Source: Candidatus Eiseniibacteriota bacterium (GTDB lineage: Bacteria; Eisenbacteria; RBG-16-71-46; CAVPCR01). From it: DNA of 64,000 nt. Location of the stretch: contig CAWGMA010000003.1 in assembly GCA_963823555.1 (NCBI GenBank), positions 480,001 through 544,000 on the forward strand. Direction: 5' to 3'. Of the stretch, positions 30,563-40,373 are shown in pieces; position 1 is the stretch's first letter, and the number at the start of each line of letters is the position of its first letter. The notes beneath the pieces are model-generated. The model did not search any database, had not been told where the DNA came from, and saw only the letters and a program-made list of their open reading frames with translations. Both the position numbers and the translations under genes were made by a program.

Positions 30563-31804
30563 ATGTCCCAGGATCCGCGCCTCGTCATCCGCCCCCAGAC
30601 CGGTCCCGAGCGGGTGGCCCTGCATCACGATCTCGCGCTCAGCCGCTTCCTGCCCACCGGCGGCCATCGCGACTCAACGCGCCGCATCCAGGTCGGAACC
30701 GTGCCGATCGGAGGTGGCGCACCGGTCAGCGTCCAGACCATGACCAAGACCGACACCGCGGATGTGGCGGCCACGGTCGCCGAGATCCAGAAGGTGGCGA
30801 CGGCCGGCGCCGACATCGTGCGCCTCGCCGTTCCCGACAATGCCGCCGCGGCGGCCCTCCCTGCCATCAAGGCCGCCAGCCCGATCCCGATCATCGCGGA
30901 TATCCACTTCAACTACCTGCTCGCGCTCCGCGCCCTCGAGGCGGGTGTCGATGGTTTGCGACTCAACCCGGGCAATGTGGGCGGTCGCGAACGGGTGGAG
31001 ACCGTGGCGCGCGAGGCGCAGGCCCGCCACGTGCCGATCCGCATCGGCGTCAACGCCGGCTCTCTCGAACGCGACCTCCTCGAGGCGCACGGTGGGCCGA
31101 CTCCCGAGGCCATGGTCGAGAGCGGGCTCCGTCACATCCAGATCCTCGAGGATGTCGGCTTCTTCGCCATCAAGGTGAGCCTCAAAGCCTCGAACGTGCC
31201 GATGACGGTAGCCGCCTATCGGCTCATGGCCAAGCGCAGCCGCTATCCGCTCCATCTCGGGATCACCGAGGCCGGCACCGCGCGCTCCGGCGCCGTCAAG
31301 TCCGCGGTCGGTCTCGGCATCCTGCTTGCCGAGGGCATCGGAGACACGATCCGGGTCTCCCTCGCCACCGATCCCGCCGAGGAGGTCGTGGTCGGGATCC
31401 AGATCCTGCGCTCGCTCGCGCTCCGGGCGCCTGGCGTCAACGTGATCGCGTGCCCGAGCTGCGGGCGCACCGAGATCGATGTCGAGAAGGTGGCGACCGC
31501 GGTCGAGAAGCGGATCGGGTCGCTGCCCTATCAGGTCAACGTGGCGGTCATGGGGTGCGCGGTGAACGGGCCCGGGGAGGCGGCTGAAGCCCAGCTCGGG
31601 TTCGCCGCGGGGGGGCGCGGCGGGCTTCTCTACCGCGACGGCAAGGTGGTCGGGCGCGTGCAAGCGAGCGAGGAAGAGATTGCCGATGTGCTCGCGCGCG
31701 AGGTCGAGGCCTGGGCTCTCGGCCAGCCTTCACCCGCCGAGAGCACCGGAGAGGCGGTGGCGGAGCATCATCCCCATGATGAAGCGGGTGATCCGGGGCT
31801 CTAG
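30563..31804 (+). CDS. ispG: HMBPP synthase
   Basis: PVSVQTMT, IADIHF, RLNPGN, IRIGVNAGS, LHLGITEAG, GDTIRVSL, CPSCGR, MGCAVNGPGE. Confidence 0.96.
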   Translation: MSQDPRLVIRPQTGPERVALHHDLALSRFLPTGGHRDSTRRIQVGTVPIGGGAPVSVQTMTKTDTADVAATVAEIQKVATAGADIVRLAVPDNAAAAALPAIKAASPIPIIADIHFNYLLALRALEAGVDGLRLNPGNVGGRERVETVAREAQARHVPIRIGVNAGSLERDLLEAHGGPTPEAMVESGLRHIQILEDVGFFAIKVSLKASNVPMTVAAYRLMAKRSRYPLHLGITEAGTARSGAVKSAVGLGILLAEGIGDTIRVSLATDPAEEVVVGIQILRSLALRAPGVNVIACPSCGRTEIDVEKVATAVEKRIGSLPYQVNVAVMGCAVNGPGEAAEAQLGFAAGGRGGLLYRDGKVVGRVQASEEEIADVLAREVEAWALGQPSPAESTGEAVAEHHPHDEAGDPGL

Positions 31805-32197
31805 GGATTCGGATTACTCCCTCGCATCGAGCGCGGGAGAGTGGCCAGAAAGCGACCGCCCCGGAACCAGATCGGCTCCCACTCCCTGGCCAGGTTCCAT
31901 CTCCAAGATCACTTAGATCACCACCGGATCATCAATTCCGTTGACAATTGGGCACCGTGGAGAGACAAGGGAGGGGGTGGCGCGCCCAAGGGGATGGTGG
32001 CAGGCGCCAGCACCAGGGCCGGGATGGGGGTTTCACCGTAAGGAGCGCACTCGCAGGCTGATGCGAACGGCACCGCCCCTAGGCTAGACACAACCAAGGT
32101 CCGTTTCCGTTCGATCGGCCCGTGAGCAACGCTCTCGGCGTGCTCGCAAACCCGTGAGTTCGCGAACAGGCTCGGCCTCGATCAACGAGGGACCAAG

Positions 32198-32698
32198 ATG
32201 AGTTGGCCGACTTCATTGGCGGGTCTCAGGAGAGACCTGCACGGTCGCCGCGGCGCGAACGACGCATCACCACGAGAGACGGAGCATCACGCCTCGGTCG
32301 ACGAAGATTCCATCCGGGAACCCGCGCCCAGCGCGGATCGTACCGGGCCGTCCGGGGTCCACGGATCCCAGCATCGCTGTCATCACTCCGGAATCGAGAT
32401 CACCGACATCCAGGTTCGACTGGTCGATAACGATCGACTGCGGGCCTGGGCGACGATCACCTTCAACGGCGCCTTCGTCATCAAGGGAATCCGGATCATC
32501 CTGGGCAATCAGCGACTCTTCGTGGCCATGCCTTCGAAGCAGCAGAAGGATGGCAAGTACCAGGACATCGCCCATCCGATCAACCCGGATTTCCGCAAGT
32601 TCCTGGAGGAGTCCATCCTCGAGGTCTATCGCATCATCGAGGCTGAGGACGGCGGACATCCGGTCAGTTCGTCCGCCGAGGATCTGGGGGATTTCTAG
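32198..32698 (+). CDS. spoVG: SpoVG-family nucleic-acid-binding protein with N-terminal extension
   Basis: EITDIQVRL...LRAWATITFNGAFVIKGIRII...LFVAMPS...YQDIAHPIN; the only upstream ATG with a GAGG RBS gives about 65 extra residues. Confidence 0.85.
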   Translation: MSWPTSLAGLRRDLHGRRGANDASPRETEHHASVDEDSIREPAPSADRTGPSGVHGSQHRCHHSGIEITDIQVRLVDNDRLRAWATITFNGAFVIKGIRIILGNQRLFVAMPSKQQKDGKYQDIAHPINPDFRKFLEESILEVYRIIEAEDGGHPVSSSAEDLGDF

Positions 32699-34439
32699 AA
32701 GAGGTCGCGTCCTCCCGGCGCGCCGGGTCTTCCGGCTCCACCATCATCGTCTTCTCGCGGAGGCAGATCGCTGTCCCCGGCGGTGACCGGCGCGGTTTCC
32801 GCACGTAGCGCTTCTCGGTCACGATCACCGGCACCAGACGCGAGTGGCGTGCCGCACTGAAGTGCGCCGCGGCGGCGGCGGCGGCCCGTACCACCGCGGC
32901 CGGTGCCTGCGCGTGTCCACCATCAGCGCGGCGCAAGATCACGTGCGAGCCCGCCGCGCCGCTCACGTGCAACCAGAGATCCCGGGGGTGTGCCAGCTCG
33001 TGTGTGAGGACATCGTTGTCCGCGTTGCTCCGTCCCACCCAGACCTCCCACCCGCTCCCGAGCGCATAGCTCCTGTACGGGAGGCGCGCCGTAGCCTCGG
33101 CCTTGGCTCTGCTTCGGGCCGGGGTGCGGCCGCCGGCTCCCGAGGCGAGTTCGGGTAGATCCTTCGTTACGAGGCCCGCGCTCACCAGTTCCGCGACGAA
33201 GGCGGCGAGATCGGCATCCGGGACTTCACTGATGCGGGCCTGGGCCTCCGTCACCCCGGCAGCCCGCTCCATGATCTCCTGCGCACGCAGCTCGAGGTGC
33301 TCGCGGGCGCGCTCCGCACGACGCGCCGACTGGAAGTAGTCCTCGGCATTGGCGGCCGGCGACCGCCGGGGGTCGAGCGTGATCGCGATCGGCGCCTCAC
33401 CGCCTGCTGGATCCGGCAACTCGACCGCGGCGGCGCCGCGCGGCACGCGATGGAGATGCGCGAGCAGAGTCTCGCCTTGACGCCTGAGGAGCCGGGCATC
33501 GCCGAGCTTCGCGCGATCGGCATCGAGGGCGCGCCGGGCGCGACCGATCTTCGAGCTCTCGGTCTTGAGCGCGCGCGTCGCCGCGGCGCGCAATCCTGCC
33601 GCCCGCTCGCGGGCCCGTCGGAGCCGCGCCCACTCGACCAGGACCGGCAGCGGATCGCCCGCCTCCGCGCCGGCTCCCGCGGCGAGGGGGATGAGCTCCG
33701 GCTCGCCATCGACACCGGTCACGATGGCAATCGCTCCCGAATGGAGGGTCAGGCGCTCGGCGGCGGCGGCCGCATCGAGCGCCCCGGCGAGAATCGGTTC
33801 GATCACCGCGGGCGCGACGCCACGCAGGCATTCGCCGGCGGCGGTGGCGAGCGCGGTTCCCCTCGCTTCCGCCGCCGAGAGCCGCGTGGTGAGGAAGGCC
33901 TGCATGTCCGGCTGGTCCGCCGGAGTACCCTGGCCGAAGGGCAGGAGATAGGGGCCGCCGCGGGCCATCCGCCGATCATCGGCTCGCCGCGTGCCCGGCG
34001 CTCGAACCGCGGCGATGATGGTCCCATCGGCGGTGATGACGGCAAAGGGGGTCCGGGGCAGCATCTCGAAGAAGAGGTCCGCTTCCGGGCGTGGACCTCG
34101 CTCCGCTTCGCTGCCTTCGCTCCTGCGATAGGTGTGGAAAGCGATGTGGAGAACCCGTTCACAACCCACGATCGCGATCCGCTGGATGAGCGCGCCGGCA
34201 AGCGTGGCGGGGGCGTCCCCGAGCTGGTCGGTGAGCCGCCGGTTGAGCGAACGCGTCGTCTCGAAGCGGACATGCGGCGCTCCCGGCTCCACGGCCAGGA
34301 CGAGCATCGCCGGTTCCGGCGTGCCCGCGAGCGCGAGAGCGAGCTCGCTTTCGTTCAAGAGCCCCACTCGCCGCACCCGCCTGCCTTCCGCGCGCAGAGC
34401 CAGCGCCCGAGCCACCGCATTCACGATGAGCGCATTCAT
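32664..34439 (-). CDS. rqcH: Rqc2/RqcH (FbpA/NFACT) ribosome quality-control protein
   Basis: ERVLHIAF, ITLDPRRSPAANAEDYF, VWVGRSNADNDVLT, DLWLHVSGAAGSHV, KRYVRKP. Confidence 0.85.
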   Translation of the reverse strand: MNALIVNAVARALALRAEGRRVRRVGLLNESELALALAGTPEPAMLVLAVEPGAPHVRFETTRSLNRRLTDQLGDAPATLAGALIQRIAIVGCERVLHIAFHTYRRSEGSEAERGPRPEADLFFEMLPRTPFAVITADGTIIAAVRAPGTRRADDRRMARGGPYLLPFGQGTPADQPDMQAFLTTRLSAAEARGTALATAAGECLRGVAPAVIEPILAGALDAAAAAERLTLHSGAIAIVTGVDGEPELIPLAAGAGAEAGDPLPVLVEWARLRRARERAAGLRAAATRALKTESSKIGRARRALDADRAKLGDARLLRRQGETLLAHLHRVPRGAAAVELPDPAGGEAPIAITLDPRRSPAANAEDYFQSARRAERAREHLELRAQEIMERAAGVTEAQARISEVPDADLAAFVAELVSAGLVTKDLPELASGAGGRTPARSRAKAEATARLPYRSYALGSGWEVWVGRSNADNDVLTHELAHPRDLWLHVSGAAGSHVILRRADGGHAQAPAAVVRAAAAAAAHFSAARHSRLVPVIVTEKRYVRKPRRSPPGTAICLREKTMMVEPEDPARREDATSSRNPPDPRRTN

Positions 34440-34622
34440 GGCATGAACATACCTTGTGCGACGAGTTCTCCCCAAGCGGTCTCGCGCCGCGCGTTCGCCG
34501 TCTTTACATCGCATCGCCCGAGGTGGCATACTGGCGGTTGCCACGACGATCGGATCAGGATCAAAGGACACGGTCTCTAGGATATGCAGCGTGCCGCGCA
34601 GTGTTCCGCGGCGGAGAGCTTC

Positions 34623-35498
34623 ATGAAGAGCATGACGGGCTTCGGGCGGGCGACGGTCGAGCTGGGAGGCCGCAGCTGCACCGCCGAGATCCGGACGGTC
34701 AATCATCGCTACTGCGAGATCTCGCTGCGTCTGCCGCGGACGATGCAGGCCCTCGAGCCGGAATCACGCCGGCTCTTGCAAGAGCGCTTTCCGCGCGGCT
34801 CGGTCTCGGTCTCGGTCACGCTCGACGGTCGCGAAGACGATCCGGGCATGCTGATCGCCAACAGCGCGGTCACCCGCCGTTACATCGAGCTCTTGCGCGA
34901 GATCCAGAGCGAACATGGCATCGGTGGCGACATCGACATCAATACCATTGCCCTCCTTCCCGATCTGTTCAGCTATCAACAGGGCGAGGCGGACAAGAGC
35001 GAGTTGTGGCCGATTCTCGCGGCCGGTCTGGAGGCGGCTGCCGGGCGTGCCGACGAGAACCGCGGTCTCGAGGGCGGACATCTCGAACGCGAGTTCCGCC
35101 AGCGTGTTGCTCACATGGCGAAGATCCTCGAGCAAATCGAGGCCCGGGCGCCGCTGCGCGCCCTCGAGGTGAAGGAGCGGCTCAGGGCTCGCCTCGATCT
35201 CCTCGTGGCCGAGGGCGGGATCGATCCCGGTCGGCTGGCGCAGGAGATGGCCGTGCTCGCCGATCGCATCGATTTCACCGAGGAGACGGTGCGGCTGCGG
35301 GCCCACACCCAGCAGTTCGTCGATCTCATCGCGAGCCCGGGGCCGCATGGGCGGAGACTCAACTTCCTCATCCAGGAGATGGGCCGCGAGGCCAACACCA
35401 TCGGCTCCAAGGCCAATGACCCGGATCTCTCCGCGCTGGTCATCGAGCTCAAGGAAGAGGTCGAGAAGCTGCGCGAGCAAGTGCAGAACGTGGAATGA
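34623..35498 (+). CDS. yicC: YicC/YloC family endoribonuclease
   Basis: MKSMTGFG, EIRTVNHRY, DFTEETVRL, GRRLNFLIQEMGREANTIGSK, LREQVQNVE. Confidence 0.95.
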   Translation: MKSMTGFGRATVELGGRSCTAEIRTVNHRYCEISLRLPRTMQALEPESRRLLQERFPRGSVSVSVTLDGREDDPGMLIANSAVTRRYIELLREIQSEHGIGGDIDINTIALLPDLFSYQQGEADKSELWPILAAGLEAAAGRADENRGLEGGHLEREFRQRVAHMAKILEQIEARAPLRALEVKERLRARLDLLVAEGGIDPGRLAQEMAVLADRIDFTEETVRLRAHTQQFVDLIASPGPHGRRLNFLIQEMGREANTIGSKANDPDLSALVIELKEEVEKLREQVQNVE

Positions 35499-35524
35499 CG
35501 GGTGGAATCGGCGGCCGCAGCACG

Positions 35525-36163
35525 ATGCCGGATCGGTTGACGAGGCCGTTCCCGATCGCCATCTCCGGACCATCCGGAGCGGGGAAGAGCTCGATCGTAG
35601 CCCGGCTTCTCGCCGCTGATGCGTGGCTGCGCCTGTCGGTCTCGGTGACGACGCGACCGAAGCGCTCGGGCGAGGTGGTGGGACGCGACTACACCTACGT
35701 GAGCCGCGGGGAGTTCGCGACCCTGGCTGCATCCGGAGCGCTCGTCGAGTCGGCCGAGGTGCACGGCAACGGATACGGCACCCCGCGGCAGCCGCTCGAG
35801 GAATGGCTGGCGGCAGGCCTGGATGTGCTGCTCGATGTCGACTACCAGGGCGGGCTCAAGATCAAAGCGGTCTATCCCGATGCGGTCCTGATCTTTCTCC
35901 TGCCGCCGTCATGGCGCGATCTCGAAGCGCGCCTGCGCGGCCGCAACAGCGATGCCGAGCCCGAAGTCGAGAAGCGGCTCAGGAATGCGGCGCGTGAGAT
36001 TGCCGAGGGCGAGCGGTATGATTACTTCGTGGTCAATGCCGATCTCGATCGCGCGGTGGCGGAGGTCGCAACCATCATCGCCGCCGAGCGCCAGCGGAGC
36101 ACGCGTCTCGAGTCAGGGTTCGGGGTGCTGATCGGCGCCCCGCCGCGTGCGCTCGAGGCCTAG
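35525..36163 (+). CDS. gmk: Guanylate kinase
   Basis: ISGPSGAGKS, SVTTRPKRSGE, VHGNGYGT, IFLLPPS. Confidence 0.95.
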   Translation: MPDRLTRPFPIAISGPSGAGKSSIVARLLAADAWLRLSVSVTTRPKRSGEVVGRDYTYVSRGEFATLAASGALVESAEVHGNGYGTPRQPLEEWLAAGLDVLLDVDYQGGLKIKAVYPDAVLIFLLPPSWRDLEARLRGRNSDAEPEVEKRLRNAAREIAEGERYDYFVVNADLDRAVAEVATIIAAERQRSTRLESGFGVLIGAPPRALEA

Positions 36164-36193
36164 AACCAGAGAGTCGTCGGGAAGAGGTCGCAG

Positions 36194-37426
36194 ATGCTTA
36201 CCGGGAAGAACGTGATCCTCGGCGTCACCGGCTCGATCGCCGCCTTCAAGGCGATCGAAGTGCTGCGCATGCTCGGCAAGGACGAGGATGCGCGCGTGAC
36301 CACGATCCTGACGCGGAACGCCACCCACTTCGTCGGTCCCCTGAGCTTCAGCGTGTTGTCGGGCCGACCCTGCCTCGTCGATCAGTACGCTGCGGAGGAG
36401 ATGCGGGCGAGCTTCATCCCACCCGATGAGCCGGGCCGCGTGCCGCTCGTTCATATCGATCTGGCGCAGAACGCCGATCTCGTGCTGGTGGCTCCGGCCT
36501 CGGCCAATCTGCTCGGCAAGGTGGCCGGCGGGATCGCCGACGACCTCCTGAGCGTGACCATCATGGCGACGAGCGCTCCGGTCCTCTTCGCCCCGGCGAT
36601 GAACACGCGGATGTGGGAGAACCCGATCGTCGCGGGCAACGTGCGCCGGCTCGAGGAGCTCGGATACCACTTCGTCGGCCCGGACGCCGGCGATCTCGCC
36701 TGCGGCATCGGCGCCGGCCGGCTCGCCGAGCCGGCGGCGATCGTGGCCGCAGCGAAGGCGCTGCTCCTCGCCGGGCCCCTCACGGGGCGGACCGTGATCG
36801 TGACCGCCGGTCGCACCGAGGAGCCGATCGATCCGGTGCGGACGCTCTCCAACCGCTCGAGCGGGAGGATGGGCTACGCCCTGGCCGCGGCGGCTCGCGA
36901 TCTCGGCGCGCGGGTCATCCTCATCAGCGGAGCGGCATCGGTGCCGCCGCCTGCGGGCGTCGAGCTCCAGATGGCCACCACGGCCGAAGCCATGCGCGAG
37001 CGTGTGGTCGCCGAGTTCGATCGAGCCGATGCGCTCATCATGGCGGCCGCAGTCGCCGACTATCGGCCCAAGGTCGAGAGCCGGGAGAAGATCCGCCGCG
37101 CCGCGGCGCCGCTCGCGCTCGAACTCGAGCCGACCGCGGACATTCTCGCCGAGGTCGGGAGGAAGAAGGGCCAGCGCGTGGTCGTCGGCTTCGCGCTCGA
37201 GACGGGCGAGGACGGCCCGGCGAGCGCGCGGCGGAAACTCGTGGAGAAGAGCCTGGATCTCGTCGTCCTCAACTGGGCCGCCGAGGCCATCGGCACCGAT
37301 ACCACCCGCGCGGTGCTCATCGATGAGCGCGGCGAGCAGATGCTGCCGATGGCGGCGAAGGCGGAGGTCGCCCGCACCATCGTGGAGACGGTCGCGCGCC
37401 GCTTGCAGGAGAAGGGCGCGGCCTGA
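36194..37426 (+). CDS. coaBC: Bifunctional phosphopantothenoylcysteine decarboxylase/ligase
   Basis: GVTGSIAAFK, APASAN, PAMNTRM, LACG, TAGRTEEPIDPVR, SSGRMG, AAAVADY, VGFALET. Confidence 0.96.
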   Translation: MLTGKNVILGVTGSIAAFKAIEVLRMLGKDEDARVTTILTRNATHFVGPLSFSVLSGRPCLVDQYAAEEMRASFIPPDEPGRVPLVHIDLAQNADLVLVAPASANLLGKVAGGIADDLLSVTIMATSAPVLFAPAMNTRMWENPIVAGNVRRLEELGYHFVGPDAGDLACGIGAGRLAEPAAIVAAAKALLLAGPLTGRTVIVTAGRTEEPIDPVRTLSNRSSGRMGYALAAAARDLGARVILISGAASVPPPAGVELQMATTAEAMRERVVAEFDRADALIMAAAVADYRPKVESREKIRRAAAPLALELEPTADILAEVGRKKGQRVVVGFALETGEDGPASARRKLVEKSLDLVVLNWAAEAIGTDTTRAVLIDERGEQMLPMAAKAEVARTIVETVARRLQEKGAA

Positions 37427-37452
37427 GCGCAACCCAAGGAAGGGGAGGGGAG

Positions 37453-38376
37453 ATGACGCCGGAGGAGCGTGCCGTGATGGCCGAGTTGCGGCGGCGGGTG
37501 TCCCGGGAGATCGAAACCGGGAGCCGGTACGTGATCGACGCCGAGCTGGCAGCGAGCATCGGGAGTGCGGCAGGGATGGGGCCGAGCGCTGCCGCGCCGC
37601 CAGCGAGCGCCGGTGTGCCGCCAGCGAGCGCTGCTCCGCCGCGCGCCGCGGCGAGGGGAACGACCGGGCCAGCTGCGGCCGCGAACCGCGCCGCCGCTCC
37701 GCCTCCGGCAGCGCCGCCGGCCCCGGCGGGCGCATCGCGCCGCGGCGAGGCGGCTCCACCGAGCCCCGATCACGCCGAGCGCAGCGCGCGTCTCGCTGCC
37801 CTCACCACGCGCGCCGAAGCCTGCACCCAATGCGCGCTCGCCGGCACCCGCAACAAGGTGGTCGTCGGCGTCGGCTGCCTCGATCCCGGGCTCATGCTCG
37901 TCGGTGAGGCGCCGGGCGCGGACGAGGATCGTCAGGGCGAACCCTTCGTGGGCCGCGCCGGGCAGCTGCTCACTCGCATCCTTGCCGCGATCGGTCTCGA
38001 GCGCAGCGATGTCTACATCGCCAATGTGTTGAAGTGCCGGCCGCCCGAGAATCGCAATCCGCTACCCGGCGAGATCGCCGCCTGCTCGCCATTCCTGGCC
38101 GAGCAGTTCGAGATCATTCGCCCGCGGGTGATCTGCGCTCTCGGCCGCTTCGCGGCATCGACCTTGCTGCGCACGCACCAGACCACGCTCGGTGCGCTGC
38201 GCGGCCGTATCCATGACTACCAGGGAATCCCGGTGGTCGTCACCTACCACCCCTCGGCGCTCTTGCGCTATCCGATGTACAAGAAGCCGACCTGGGAGGA
38301 CATGCAGGTCGTGCAGAGGCTCCTCGCCGGGATGAGCGCCGAGGAGGCGCTGGTGCCGGCTGGCTCGGGATCCTGA
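37453..38376 (+). CDS. Family 4 uracil-DNA glycosylase (Fe-S)
   Basis: CTQCAL, VGEAPGADED, PFVGRAG, NVLKCRPPENR, TYHPSALLR; Ala/Pro-rich N-terminal linker. Confidence 0.92.
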   Translation: MTPEERAVMAELRRRVSREIETGSRYVIDAELAASIGSAAGMGPSAAAPPASAGVPPASAAPPRAAARGTTGPAAAANRAAAPPPAAPPAPAGASRRGEAAPPSPDHAERSARLAALTTRAEACTQCALAGTRNKVVVGVGCLDPGLMLVGEAPGADEDRQGEPFVGRAGQLLTRILAAIGLERSDVYIANVLKCRPPENRNPLPGEIAACSPFLAEQFEIIRPRVICALGRFAASTLLRTHQTTLGALRGRIHDYQGIPVVVTYHPSALLRYPMYKKPTWEDMQVVQRLLAGMSAEEALVPAGSGS

Positions 38377-38662
38377 TCGGGCCGGCAGCCGTCGTGATAC
38401 GGTCTGCCGCGTTCGCACTGGTTTCGACGAGCTTCGGGTTTGGACAAGCTCTGGTTTCGAGCTAGGTCATTTTGAGGTCGTCGGCCGCGGCGTTCGGCGC
38501 CGTGCCGGCCAGGGATCGCGGGACCTGGCGGGGTGATCTCTCGCGCGCCGCGAGCGCAGGTGAGATCTCCCCGGCAAGCCTCGTGGTCCTCCCGGGACCG
38601 ATCGCCTCCATCCACTGCCGAGTGGGCGCCGCGGCCGCTGGCCGAGCGTCCGGGGGAAGACC

Positions 38663-40033
38663 ATGAACCGTCCCACCTTTGCCACCGAGTTCGAGGGGCT
38701 TGTCCCGCCGCAGGCCCTCGATGCCGAGCGCGCCGTGCTCGGTGCCATGTGCCTGAGCCAGGAGGCGATCGCCCGGGCCGTCGAACGGCTCGAGGAGCGC
38801 TCGTTCTACCGGGAGTCTCATCGCCGCATCTGGGCCGCGATCATCGCCATCTTCGAGCGCGGCGAGGCGGTCGACCTGATCACGCTCCGCGAGGAGCTCA
38901 CGCGTCGCGGCGAGATCGAGTCGATCGGTGGTACCGCTTACCTGACCGATCTCTTCGAGTACATGCCGGCTGCCGCCAACGTCGACTACCACGCCCGCAT
39001 CGTGGCCGAGAAGGCCATCATGCGCCGGCTGATCGAGGCGGCCACCTCCATCAACGAGGAGAGCTATCGCGGCGCCGAGGCCGCCGAGGTCGTGCTCGAC
39101 CGGGCCCAGGAGCGCATCTTCGACATCTCCGCGGCACGCGCCCGCCGTGGGTTCATTCCCATGCGGCAGGTGGTCATGGACACGTTCGAGATCATCCAGG
39201 AGCTCTACGACAAGAAGAGTCACGTCACGGGACTCGAGTCCGGGTTCATCGATCTCGATGCCAAGACCGCCGGCTTCCAGAAGACCGACCTGATCATCGT
39301 GGCGGGACGCCCGTCGATGGGCAAGACGAGCTTCTGCCTGAACATCGCCGAGCATTGCGCCATCAAGAACCGCACTCCCGTGGCCATCTTCAGCCTGGAA
39401 ATGGCCAAGGAGCAGGTCGCGCAGCGCATGCTCTGCTCCCAGTCGCGTGTGGATGGCCACCGCCTGCGGACAGGATATCTGCGTGATGCCGAGTGGACGG
39501 CCTTGACCCGTGCCGCGAGCGAGCTCTCGGAAGCGCCGATCTACATCGATGACACGCCGGGCGTCTCCATCCTCGAGCTCAGGGCCAAGGCCCGCCGCCT
39601 GGCCATGGAGGTCAAGAGCCTCGGCCTCATCGTCGTCGACTACCTGCAGCTCATGCGGGGCGGCGACGATGCGGAGAACCGGCAGCAGGAGATCTCGCGC
39701 ATCTCCCAGGCCCTCAAGTCGCTGGCCAAGGAGCTCGGGGTGCCGGTGCTCGCCCTTTCCCAGCTCTCGCGCGCGGTCGAGCAGCGCGGCGGGGATCGCC
39801 GGCCGGTGCTCTCGGACCTGCGCGAGTCCGGGGCCATCGAGCAGGACGCCGATGTCGTGCTCTTCATCTACCGGCCGGAGATCTACGACCCGGAGAACGA
39901 GGAGACCCGCGGCATCGCCGAGATCATCATCGGCAAGCAGCGTAACGGCCCCGTGGGCACGGTGCGCCTGGCCTTCCTGTCGAGCTTCGCGCGCTTCGAC
40001 AACCTGGCCCAGCTCGCGGAGACCCCCTTCTAG
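38663..40033 (+). CDS. dnaB: Replicative DNA helicase
   Basis: PPQALDAERAVLG, AGRPSMGKT, FSLEM, VDYLQL, LSQLSR, DLRESGAIEQDAD, KQRNGP; no intein. Confidence 0.97.
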   Translation: MNRPTFATEFEGLVPPQALDAERAVLGAMCLSQEAIARAVERLEERSFYRESHRRIWAAIIAIFERGEAVDLITLREELTRRGEIESIGGTAYLTDLFEYMPAAANVDYHARIVAEKAIMRRLIEAATSINEESYRGAEAAEVVLDRAQERIFDISAARARRGFIPMRQVVMDTFEIIQELYDKKSHVTGLESGFIDLDAKTAGFQKTDLIIVAGRPSMGKTSFCLNIAEHCAIKNRTPVAIFSLEMAKEQVAQRMLCSQSRVDGHRLRTGYLRDAEWTALTRAASELSEAPIYIDDTPGVSILELRAKARRLAMEVKSLGLIVVDYLQLMRGGDDAENRQQEISRISQALKSLAKELGVPVLALSQLSRAVEQRGGDRRPVLSDLRESGAIEQDADVVLFIYRPEIYDPENEETRGIAEIIIGKQRNGPVGTVRLAFLSSFARFDNLAQLAETPF

Positions 40034-40213
40034 GCGCGGGGACCGGGCGAATCTCGCGCCCCGGGAGCGGGGAGGTCGGCGTCCCGCCGGGCCGCAGGCG
40101 CGGACAGGTGAAGCTCTCGGGGGGAAGCCGGGCTGGCAGCCCACCCAAGTTGTGCCTGGGCAAGACCATCGGCGGCGCGGTCCAGACGGGCAATCCTCTT
40201 CATTGCTAGGCAT

Positions 40214-40242
40214 TTGCCGCATCGTCCGGACCCTGCTATGAT
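40214..40242 (+). promoter_or_regulatory. sigma70 promoter with extended -10
   Basis: TTGCCG-N17-TATGAT with TG one base upstream of the -10. Confidence 0.55.
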
Positions 40243-40261
40243 ATTCGACAGAATCCACGGT

Positions 40262-40307
40262 GGCCAACCACCCCCGGACCCGCCTGAACGGGGTGGGTGG
40301 CCTTTTT
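40262..40307 (+). terminator. Terminator-like hairpin in the 5' leader of the 40374 gene
   Basis: GGCCAACCACCCC...GGGGTGGGTGGCC followed by TTTTT. Confidence 0.55.
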
Positions 40308-40373
40308 GCGCATAGCCCCTCCCGGTGCCCGCACTTAGCACGTCCCGGGAGTTCGCCCGACAAGGAGGCCTCA

